Source: Prasinococcaceae sp. CCMP 1430
Lineage: Eukaryota > Plantae > Prasinodermophyta
Assembly (NCBI GenBank): GCA_013416795.1
Contig: RQSC01000236.1
Span: 1 to 43,864 of the forward strand
Reading direction: 5' to 3'
DNA length: 43,864 nucleotides
Part shown: positions 21,637 to 30,905 of the stretch, in pieces
How the letters are laid out: each line of letters starts with the position of its first letter
Position numbering within the stretch: the first letter of the stretch is position 1
Position numbers and translations under genes: made by a program
Notes under the pieces: model-generated
Databases searched by the model: none
What the model was told of the DNA's origin: nothing
What the model saw: the letters and a program-made list of their open reading frames with translations, nothing else

Positions 21637-21750
21637 GATTTAGATTTCGATGGAGATGTACAGGAGAAGTACGTAGATGTACGTACGTACATTCGATGGA
21701 GATTCAGATGTATGTAGATGTTTAGATTTACATTTTTAGATTTAGAGTAT
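21637..21750. repeat. Degenerate GATKTA-type hexamer array
   Basis: gattta gatttc gatgga gatgta ... gatgga gattca gatgta ... upstream of the FMN dehydrogenase gene. Confidence 0.55.
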
Positions 21751-21896
21751 TTTCGTCCGATTTTCACGCGGGGGCCGCGCGCGCGCGTTTTCCATGCGGG
21801 TCCACACGTGCTGCAGCGGAAAGTAGTGCCAGGCCGGGGCCTGCGGGCCTCGCCGCCAGAGGGAGCGCGCGCGCGCGGCGCGCTCGCGGGCCAGCC

Positions 21897-23243
21897 ATGG
21901 CCTTCGTGCACCGCCTGGGCATCAACAAGCTGCTGGCGCCGCTCAGGCCGCTGGTGAACCCCATCGTGAACGCGGCGCCCAACGCGCGGCTCGCCAAGGC
22001 GGTGAACGTATGGGACCTGCGCGAGTGCGCGTCCAAGCGCACCCACCAGATGTGCTTCGGCTACCTCGACAGCGGCGCCGATGACGAGATCGCCATCCGC
22101 CGCTCGCGCAGCGCGTACTCCGACTACGAGATGCACTACAACGTGCTGGCCGGCAACTCGCCCGAGACGCTGGACCTGCGCACACAGATCTTCGGGAGGG
22201 AAGTCAACCTGCCCTTCTTCATGTGCCCCACGGCGGGCCACCGCATGTTCCACACGCTGGGCGAGCGCGCGGGAGCCTCGGTCGCGGCCGAGAAGGGCAT
22301 CCTCTTCGGGCTGTCGTCGCTCGCCACGACGTCGGTGACGGACATCGGCAAGGAGCACCCGCCGACGCGGCCCAAGGTCTTCCAGCTGTACCTGTGGAAG
22401 GACAAGGAGCTCAACCGCGACCTGCTGCAGGCGGCGCGCGAGCACGGCTACGACGCGGTGGCGCTCACCGCCGACTTCACGTGGTTCGGCAACCGCGAGC
22501 GCGACCACCGCAACGGCTTCAGCGTGCCGCCCAACTACTCGGCGCGCCAGATCTGGGAGGCCATCAAGCGCCCCGCGTGGACGTGGGACGTGCTCTCCAC
22601 TCCGGTGTACACCTACGCAAACATCAACAAGAACGTGCCCGCCGAGTCGATGGCGGCCTTCATCAACGCGCAGCTGAGCCCCGACTTCAATTGGAAGGAC
22701 GCCGAGTGGCTCGCGCAGGAGTGGGGAGGCAAGCTGGCGCTCAAGGGCGTGGTGCGCGCCGACGACGCGGTGAAGGCGCTCGACAACGGCTTCAGCTCGC
22801 TGTGGGTGTCCAACCACGGCGGGCGCCAGCTTGAGACGGCGCCGCCGACCGTCGACCTGCTTCCGGAGATCCGAGCTGCGGTGGGGACGGACGTGGAGAT
22901 CATCGTGGACGGCGGCGTGATGCGCGGCACCGACATCGCCAAGGCGCTGGCGCTCGGGGCGGACGCGGTGGGCGTGGGCAAGGCGTTCCTGTACGGTCTG
23001 GCGGCGGGCGGCCGCCCGGGCGTGCTGCGCGCAATCAACATGCTCGAGGACGAGCTGCAGCGGGCCATGGGCTTGCTGGGCACGAGGACAGTCGCCGAGC
23101 TGAAGGAGCGCGGGCCGGAGCTCATCCGCCGCCGCGCGAACATGCCGCAGCTGCCGTACATTCCGCCGCGCAGCATGGCACCGACGCACGCGCAGCTCAT
23201 GAACAGCGCCAAGGGCGGCGCCAGGAAGCGCAGGACGGCCTGA
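21897..23243 (+). CDS. lldD-like: FMN-dependent alpha-hydroxy-acid dehydrogenase, LldD-type
   Basis: YLDSGADDE, PTAG, FQLY, GNRERD, KGV, SNHGGRQL, DGGVMRGTDIAKALALGA. Intronless 448-aa ORF with no PTS1. Confidence 0.95.
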   Translation: MAFVHRLGINKLLAPLRPLVNPIVNAAPNARLAKAVNVWDLRECASKRTHQMCFGYLDSGADDEIAIRRSRSAYSDYEMHYNVLAGNSPETLDLRTQIFGREVNLPFFMCPTAGHRMFHTLGERAGASVAAEKGILFGLSSLATTSVTDIGKEHPPTRPKVFQLYLWKDKELNRDLLQAAREHGYDAVALTADFTWFGNRERDHRNGFSVPPNYSARQIWEAIKRPAWTWDVLSTPVYTYANINKNVPAESMAAFINAQLSPDFNWKDAEWLAQEWGGKLALKGVVRADDAVKALDNGFSSLWVSNHGGRQLETAPPTVDLLPEIRAAVGTDVEIIVDGGVMRGTDIAKALALGADAVGVGKAFLYGLAAGGRPGVLRAINMLEDELQRAMGLLGTRTVAELKERGPELIRRRANMPQLPYIPPRSMAPTHAQLMNSAKGGARKRRTA

Positions 23244-23313
23244 TCCTCTCCGCTGGTCGGACGGGGGGAAGGGGGTCCCGTGGCGGTGGCGCCGCGGAGT
23301 GTCGGGATGGGAC

Positions 23314-23318
23314 TGTAA
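23314..23318 (+). terminator. TGTAA polyadenylation signal candidate
   Basis: TGTAA ~70 nt after the stop at 23243. UGUAA is the usual green-algal poly(A) signal. Confidence 0.5.
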
Positions 23319-23360
23319 GTGCCGGGTTTGGATGGACGCATGCCGGACCTCGTCGGCCGC

Positions 23361-23440
23361 GGCCGTGGCGCCATGGCCGTGGCGCCGCGGCCGTGGCGCT
23401 GTGGCCGTGGCGCCGTGGCCGTGGCCGTGCCCGTGCCCGT
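23361..23440. repeat. 14-bp minisatellite (GGCCGTGGCGCYRY x4) followed by G(G/C)CCGT x4
   Basis: Units at 23361, 23375, 23389 and 23403, then four hexamers, immediately before the N gap. Confidence 0.85.
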
Positions 23441-23456
23441 GGGTGGCAGCGCGCGC

Positions 23457-23725
23457 NNNNNNNNNNNNNNNNNNNNNNNNNNNNNNNNNNNNNNNNNNNN
23501 NNNNNNNNNNNNNNNNNNNNNNNNNNNNNNNNNNNNNNNNNNNNNNNNNNNNNNNNNNNNNNNNNNNNNNNNNNNNNNNNNNNNNNNNNNNNNNNNNNNN
23601 NNNNNNNNNNNNNNNNNNNNNNNNNNNNNNNNNNNNNNNNNNNNNNNNNNNNNNNNNNNNNNNNNNNNNNNNNNNNNNNNNNNNNNNNNNNNNNNNNNNN
23701 NNNNNNNNNNNNNNNNNNNNNNNNN
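23457..23725. other. Assembly gap (N-run)
   Basis: 269 N. Confidence 0.99.
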
Positions 23726-24020
23726 GCGCGGGCGCGCGCCACGGCGGCCAGGCTGTCGCCGCCCCCCCGCCCCCGCGCGCAAAAGGCCGCGGTGACGACG
23801 GCACGCACACGCACCCGCAACCCGTACCTACAGTTGAACTCTATTAAAACCACGGGAAAGCTCAGAACCTCAGACAGAGCCATGGCCACGTACTGCACGT
23901 TAAAAAATAAAAATAAAAATGAAAATAAAATTGAAAATAAACCCGATCGAAACGGCGCGCGGCCGCCCGCCCCGGGCGCGTGGGGGCGGGGGTTGGGGTT
24001 GGGGGGGCGGCGAACGGATC

Positions 24021-25474
24021 ATGCTGCTCGCCAACGCCCACGCGCGGCGTGGGACGGCCACGGGCGCGTGCTTGGTGCACCGTTCCCGGCGCTTGAGACC
24101 CGCGGCCAAGGCATCGAAGGGGTCGAAGACTGCGGCGCAGGACGACGTCGATCAGGCTATCAGCGATGCCGCCAAGCTTCGGCAGAAGGGGGCCAAGGCC
24201 AAGATGGCAGCGGACGTCGCCGGACGCGACTCACACCAGCACTGGGACAGCCACTACGTGCCCTCCGACGGGGTGACGGACGTTGCCGTCGACGAGGAGG
24301 AGCTGCACAAGGCGCAGAAGCGCGCCAAGAAGGCGCAAAAACGCCTCGCCAAGGCCAAGGCCAAGGAAAAGGACAAGAAGAAGAAGAAGAAGAAGGCAGC
24401 CAAGCGGGACAAGCAGGGGAGTGCCAAGGGTGATGGGGGCGTGCTGTCCGTCTCTGAAAGTGCCCGGGATGCCGCTGACGTGGAAGCTGAGACCACCGCC
24501 GGCGGCGTCGACTTCGAAGCTGACCTTGACGCCGACTCGTCAGATTGCGACGTGGAAGCGGAGGAGTCGGACTCGGACAGCGACTGCGATTCTGATGTCG
24601 ACCCAACAAGGCCTGGCAGCAACCACGTGATTGCGGGCAATGGCAGCTTGGCTTTGGAGAGGGACGACGGGCCGGTGGCGGCGCTCAGCGGCGGACGCGC
24701 CCCCCCGCCAGACCTGCAGGAGAGCACTGCGTACGTGGCCCTGAGCGAAGGCATGAACCACACGCTGGCACTCACACCACGAGGCACTGTGCAGTGCTTT
24801 GGAAGCAACGCGCACGGGGAGGCGCCCTTCGATGAGGTGCGAAGCGCGATGAGGCGCGCGGCATCGCAACGCGTCGTCGCGCGTGTGCGTTGCCGATGGC
24901 TGACGCGCTGCGCGCGGCTGTGTATGAACGTGCGCGCGCATGGCTGTGTGCTCGCGGCGAGCACGCAGGTTGTCAGCGACACGGGCTCGCGGTTTCAGGC
25001 AGTGTCAGCGGGTTTGCACTACTCGCTCGCCTTACGTGAAGACGGGAGCGTCGCCTGCTGGGGGCGAAATTCACACGGGCAGGCGCCGCCCGAGGGAGGT
25101 GCGTCTCGCAGCGCGGCCGTGCGCGCGGGCGTTCGGGATTCACCGCTCGCATTGTTCACGCGCGCGCTGCGAGCTTGCAATCGACTCGCGTTGCGCGCAT
25201 TGCACACATGTGCCTCCGTGCGCTCGCTGACGTTGGTTGGCGCGAACGCTTCTCTTGCGCGGACGGCTGCTCGCTGGCGCGCGTGTGCGGCGCGGATGTC
25301 TGCGGCCACGCCCCCGACGCAGTCCCGGGCCCGTTCGTCTCCGTGTCCGCCTCTGGCTGCGCGTTCGCGTACGGCGTGCGGGCCAATGGGTCGATCCAAT
25401 GTTGGGGCCAGAACCCGTGGCTTCGCAGCGGCTTCAATGCGTACGACATCGACGTCATCTCCGGCTGGAACTAG
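24021..25474 (+). CDS. Protein with a Lys-rich and acidic N-terminal region and ~3 RCC1-like repeats
   Basis: LSEGMNHTLALTPRGTVQCFGSNAHGEAP, VSAGLHYSLALREDGSVACWGRNSHGQAP, VSASGCAFAYGVRANGSIQCWGQN. Introns 24837-24968 and 25099-25322. Confidence 0.8.
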
Positions 25475-25645
25475 CTGCGCGCGGCCGCTCTGCACGACAG
25501 TGCAAGCAGCGTAAAGCACCGTTCGGGCTTGCCACACGCGCCGCTCGTGCCGCGTCGAGCGCGCGCGCGGGGAGCCCCTCGCCCCCGACCGCGAGCGCGG
25601 GCGGGCCGCAGCCCGCCGGCCCCAGACTGGCCCGCGGGGAGTCTG

Positions 25646-25693
25646 TAGGGTTTCGGGGCCCACGTCAGAATGCATTCATAAAACGAACCCTAT
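25646..25693. promoter_or_regulatory. Telo-box (TAGGGTTT) + site-II-like GGCCCA + AACCCTA upstream of TrpRS
   Basis: TAGGGTTT at 25646-25653, GGCCCA at 25657-25662, AACCCTA at 25686-25692. This matches the plant telo-box/site II arrangement in promoters of translation genes. Function is inferred. Confidence 0.45.
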
Positions 25694-25850
25694 CTACCAA
25701 TTTTTACCCAAACCAATTTTTCGTGGATTTAATTCGGCCCGACCGGCGGCTGCGGACGCCCGCGCTCGTGTGTTCGAAGGCTTCCGTGCCTTTTTTATAC
25801 GCGTATTTTCGAAGGGAAAAGAGTTTGGAAACGCGGCGGCGGATAAAAGG

Positions 25851-27121
25851 GTGGCCGCGCGCGTGGGCGCGCCACAGCGCGCGCGCGCGGGGCCACGCAC
25901 GGGACGCACGCGACCGCACCCCCCCCACACACACAGGGCGCGCTCTCGCGCGCCGACTGGGCGCCGAAGCCGACGCGCCTAGGCGCGCGGGCGACGCTGC
26001 GCGCGGCGCCCGCCGCGTGCGAGCCTGCAGTGCCCGCGGGCTCCATGTCGACCGCCACAGCCGATGCGCCCGCAAAGCCCGAGGTGCGCAAGCGCGTGCT
26101 TTCTGGTGTGCAGCCGACGGGAGACATCCACATGGGCAACTACCTGGGCGCCATCAAGAACTGGGTGTCGCTGCAGGAGGAGTACGACACGTACTACTGC
26201 GTGGTCGACCTGCACGCCATCACCATGCCGCACGATCCCAAGGAGCTGCTCGCCGCGACGCGTTCCTCGGCGGCCATTTACCTCGCGTGCGGCGTGGACC
26301 CCGCCAAGGCGAACGTCTTCGTGCAGTCGCACGTGCCCGCGCACGCCGAGCTCACGTGGCTGCTGAACTGCATCACCCCCATGGGCTGGCTCAACCGCAT
26401 GATTCAGTTCAAGGAAAAGTCGCGCAAGCAGGGCGCGGAGGACGTCACCGTGGGGCTGCTTGATTACCCTGTGCTCATGGCGAGCGACATTCTGCTGTAT
26501 GATACCGACCTGGTGCCTGTCGGCGAGGACCAGAGGCAGCACCTTGAGCTCGCCAGGGACATCGCGGGCAGGGTCAACTCGCTCTTCGGTGGCAGGAAGG
26601 GCAAGAAGATGGGGCTGCGCTCGAGCCGTGTGCTCAAGCAGCCCGATGCTTTCATTCCTCCTGCTGGCGCGCGCGTCATGTCGCTCACCGATGGCACTGC
26701 GAAGATGTCCAAGTCCAATCCTGCAGAGGGCTCGCGCATCAATCTGCTCGACCCGCCTGACGTCATTGCGCAGAAGGTCAAGCGATGCAAGACGGACTCG
26801 ATCGCGAACTGCCTCGAGTTCGACAACCCCGATCGCCCGGAGGCGACCAACCTGCTCACGCTCTACCAGCTCTCAACTGGTCAAACCAAGGAGGAGGTGC
26901 TGGCCGAGTGTGGCACGATGAGCTGGGGGCAGTTCAAGCCGGCGCTCACCGATGCGCTGGTGGCGCACCTTGAGCCCATCCAGACGCGCTACGCAGAGGT
27001 CCGCGCGGACGACACCTACCTGGATGCTGAGCTCAAGCGCGGTGCCGACGCGGCTAATGAGGTGGCGCAGGTCACGCTGGATCGCGTGAAGACCGCTATG
27101 GGCTTCACGCTCCCGCAATGA
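25851..27121 (+). CDS. trpS: Organellar (bacterial-type) tryptophanyl-tRNA synthetase
   Basis: SGVQPTGDIHMGNYLGAI, DYPVLMASDILLY, VPVGEDQRQHLEL, KMSKS. First ATG is at 26045; an extension to GTG 25851 is proposed. Confidence 0.95.
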
Positions 27122-27300
27122 TGTGGCCGACGCGTTGGTGCTGCGCGTCCCTTCGGGGTGCTCAAGTGGGCGCGCGCGCGAGCAGCTGAGCACGCAACGA
27201 CGCTGCATGGCAGCACGACACACTGCCACTGTAGTACATATTCTTTTTTGAACCCGGCAGATACTACATAGTGTACAACAAACACTGCAGATGCGAGATC

Positions 27301-29423
27301 TCAGGGCGCGCTCGCAGCGGCCTCAGCCGCCCGCGCTGCGCGCAGTGCCGTGTGCATGAGGCGCTTGCGCTCGGCGCGGTAGGCGACCACACGGGCGCTA
27401 CGAGCGGAAACGGCACAGTTGCGCTCGTCAGCTCTCTCCTCGAGGCGCGTCTGTTCGGCCTCATCCTCGGCAATCGTCGAGGGCATGTCGTCAAGCTGCG
27501 TCTGCAGCTTTTTGCGAATCCCAGCAAGTGCTGCTAGCGTTTTGGCATTGGCAGCGTTGCCAAGTATGCGCGCGCGGAGCGACTCTGCCGCGTAGGTCGC
27601 GCGTTGGCGAAGCGCAGGGCGCGGCGTGCCGGTGCACTCGCGCGCGCTGGCGCCAACTGCCGCGCAGCGAGACGCCTCATCAACGTCTCCCTCGAGTGTG
27701 GCCGCTGTCGCGGCGCTCTCTGCCGCGCGGTGGAGCGCTGCCGCGGCCGCCAGGGGCAACGGCGCCCCCAGCGACAGGTCTAGCCTGTCGTTGGGCGTGA
27801 CCGTCCAGTACCCGTAAGTGGCGAAGACGTCATGGCCAGGCATGCCATCGTGATACCGTATGCAGACCTCCTCGCCGAAAGCAATGTCTGCGACCGCCCG
27901 GAGCACCATGCCGCCCTCGCCGTTTTCGTGCAGGCGCTCGAACTGGAAGTCCGCGTTCAGCCCCCGTTCCCCCACCGCGCCATCCGCGTGGTTCGCGCTG
28001 TCCAGGTACGGCACCAGCGCCAGGTGGTCACCCGCACGCGAAGCAAATCCACCGTCCTCGAGCGGGGCCATGCCCGACGAGGCCTCGATGTCGAACGCTC
28101 GCGACTGAACGCACGCGAGCGCCCATTCGAGCGTCTCTTCCACCGCGCCGGCGGCGGTCGGGTCGCCTCCGTCAGCCTGGCGTGCGATCCGTTGGATGGA
28201 TTCAGGCACGCACGCGCGCACGGCCGCGCGCGAGCGCCTTCCGGCTGCCGCAGCGCCGCAGGCATTGCCGTCGTCGCAGTCCTCTTGCAGCTGGACGAGC
28301 TCTTCCTCGCTGAGGCTCAGCGGATTGATGAGCGAGCCCAGAGACGGCAGCAATCGCAAGTAGCTGCGCCACACGGACGATGCGTGGCTGCCTCCGTCGC
28401 CGCCTCCGAGCGCGTCTATGAGCGCGAGCGCGACCCGGCATTCGTGGTCCATGTCGTCGTCGTCGGCTTGACGCACGCCGAAGAGCAGGCAGCGCTCGGG
28501 CACGACGAGCAGCACGTCTCCCGCGCACGCGCCTTCGCGGCGCGTGCACTCGAGCCGCAGCGTGCCCGCGCCCGTGCCTGGCGCGAGGCCGACGCCCAGG
28601 AAGTCGTCGCCGCTCCACTCATCCCCCACCGCCGCGCGCACGCCATCAGCCCACTCGGCGACGGCCGTTCGCTCGCCCGCCCGTGGCGACTGCGCAGCCG
28701 CCACGGCGCCAGCGAGCACGCGCGCCGCATCCGCATCGGCGCCGACCTCCACCGCAGCCTCCACCGCGGCGGCCGCCGCGCATCGCACGGCGCGCCGCCA
28801 CGTCGCGCGACCACGCGCGATCGCCCGATCGCGCGCGAGTGGCCCACGGCGCGCGCGCGATCTGATGTGAATGTAACCCTAATAATTTAATACCCCAAAC
28901 ATTCGCGTCAGAACCTGAACGACGCAGTGCGAACTGATGGGGAGCAGAAGGGCTCGATCCTTTCAGCTTCAGCGCCGAAATGATAACCCTACTTTTGTAC
29001 TGACCTTAATAAGTGAATGCCAAAACCTGAACCGCGCACACGGAAGACATACCATGCACGTCTTCCGTGGTGTGTGAATGTGAACCCTAATAAAGGGTAC
29101 GTACCTTAATAAGCGATAACCTGAACCGCGCGCACCGTCGCGGCGCGCGCCCGGCGCGCGCGCGCCGCCGGGCCACCGCCGCGCCGCCGCGGCGGGCGCT
29201 GCCCCATCTCGCCCCCCCGCTTCCACGCGCGCGCGCGCGCGCGCACGCACGAGCACACGCACACACAGAGAAGGGGGTGGGGAGAGAGAGGGAGAGAGGC
29301 AAACGACGCCCCGTCCCCGACGAGCGCCGGCGGCGGCGCGCACGCCTCGCCCAGCGCTCGCGCTGTGCCGCCGGCGGCCGCCGCCGCCGCCGCCCTCGCC
29401 GCCCTCCAACGGCGCTTCGACAT
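27301..29423 (-). CDS. SET-domain protein, Rubisco LSMT-like, probably plastid-targeted
   Basis: WALACVQSRAF, LVPYLDSANHAD, GEEVCIRY. The long exon has no early ATG. A proposed exon 1 (29423-29344, MSKRRWRAARAA...) joins via a phase-2 intron 29343-28862 to give a transit peptide ending VRC-AA. Confidence 0.8.
28867..29135. repeat. Three degenerate direct-repeat modules AACCCTA..(ACCTTAATAAG)..AACCTGAAC with an internal hairpin
   Basis: AACCCTA at 28875, 28985 and 29083. ACCTTAATAAG twice; AACCTGAAC three times. Hairpin CACGGAAGAC/GTCTTCCGTG at ~29038-29068. Confidence 0.7.
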
Positions 29424-29650
29424 AAACCCTTTTCTGTCGTATGTACCCAAAATTACGCGTGCATCTTTTTCAAGATCACGACAAGTGCATATGTGAGGCT
29501 TACCCCAAACTAAAACGCGAGTCGGCCTCGTCCATCGGACCCGGTGGCGCTGCGCCCCTCTCTGCTGCGCCCTAACGCGCGCGCGCAGGGGTGGGGGGCA
29601 GAGCGCACCCTTGCGGCGGGGTGTGCGGGTGGACGGGAGGGAGGTGTAGG

Positions 29651-30649
29651 ATGTGGGCTGCGGCGCGGCGCGCGGCCGCGCGGGCGGCCGATCTGGGACG
29701 CGCCCGAGTCCTTTGTCCCTGCACGGTGTCCGCTGCCCCCCCTCACCCCCAACGCACCGACCGCAGCGCTCGCCGCACTCTGCGCGCCGCGCCGCGCGGT
29801 CGGGCCTGCCGTGGCGCAGCCGCCGGCGGCTGGCGGGACTGGACTGCCGCAATGGGGCTTGTGTGTGCGTTCGCTCGCGATCGCTGACACCGTCGCCGGG
29901 CGATCGCCACCCGTTCACACCTCCCACGTATTTCCTTCCGCCCTCGTGCACCCGCAGGCACTCATCGCGCAGGTCCCCGGCGTGGGCGCTCCCCTGTCGT
30001 GCGAGGTGGCGCGCACTCGCACTGGCCGCTCCATCGGCTACGCCATCGCGCAGCTCGCCACGCCCGAGGTGCGCAGGCCACGCGCGACGCGATCGGCCGT
30101 CGCGGAGCCCTGCGCCGAGCCGCGCCGCCCTACCCACGCCTGCTGACCCCCGATCGCCCCCCCCCTTTCCCGCGCCTGCCCCCGCCGACGCGCCGCGCCT
30201 TCAAGGCGGCCGCCGCCGTGATCGGATCCCTGAACGAGTACGAGCTGGCCGATCGCCGCCTCTTCGTGCGTGAGGACCGCGGTGCGCCGGCCAAGTCGTC
30301 GAAGCCCAAGAAGCAGCGCGCCTTGACTGCGCCGGTGGCCGAGCCCGAGGCCCCCGCGGACCCGTGCCGTATCTTCATCGGCAACCTGGCGTGGGCCACC
30401 ACCTCGGAGGAGCTCACTGCGCTTGTCGCCCAGGTGCCCGGCGTTGGCGTCCCCGTGTCGTGCGAGGTCGGCCGCACGCGCAACGGCCGCTCGACCGGCT
30501 ACGGCACCGCGACGCTCGCCTCGCCCGAGGCTGCCACCGCCGTGATCGGCGCCATCAACGGCCACGAGCTGGCGGGTCGCCGCCTGATCGTGCGCGAGGA
30601 CCGCCCGAAGTCGCAGAGGCGCGCGGCGGCCGAGGAGGCCACCGCCTAG
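29651..30649 (+). CDS. Tandem-RRM protein, GBP1/Gbp2/hnRNP-M-like
   Basis: RIFIGNLAWATTSEEL...GRSTGYG...AINGHELAGRRLIVREDR, plus a near-duplicate first RRM ending LNEYELADRRLFVREDR. 5' exons unresolved. Confidence 0.75.
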
Positions 30650-30905
30650 GCTGGTGCGAGGTCGCGAGCCTCCGGAGTCATAATACGCGCGTGAGCTCCG
30701 CGTCGAGCTCACGGAGGAGGGTCCCGCCGGCGGCAGGCGCCCCGGCAACAGCCCCCCATCCCGCCCTGTGCGGCCGTGCACACCGGTGCCCCCATTTTGG
30801 AAATCCGTAAATTGCGAAGTAGGGGGTTGAAACTTACGACGCTCGGCCCATGGCCGCATCCTCCCTGCACAGCTATGCGAGGGCCAGCAGGCCAACTCGC
30901 TCCCA

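Noticed and set aside
23361-23440. CRISPR-like array
   Set aside because: Tandem units without spacers, in a eukaryotic context.
20799-23833. 9-bp direct repeat TACCTACAG flanking the LldD-like gene (possible Mutator TSD / Pack-MULE)
   Set aside because: No terminal inverted repeats inside the two copies, so probably chance.
29544-29600. GTG start for the RRM gene (VALRPSLLRP...)
   Set aside because: An ATG at 29651 offers an alternative and the 5' structure is unresolved, so there is no real support.
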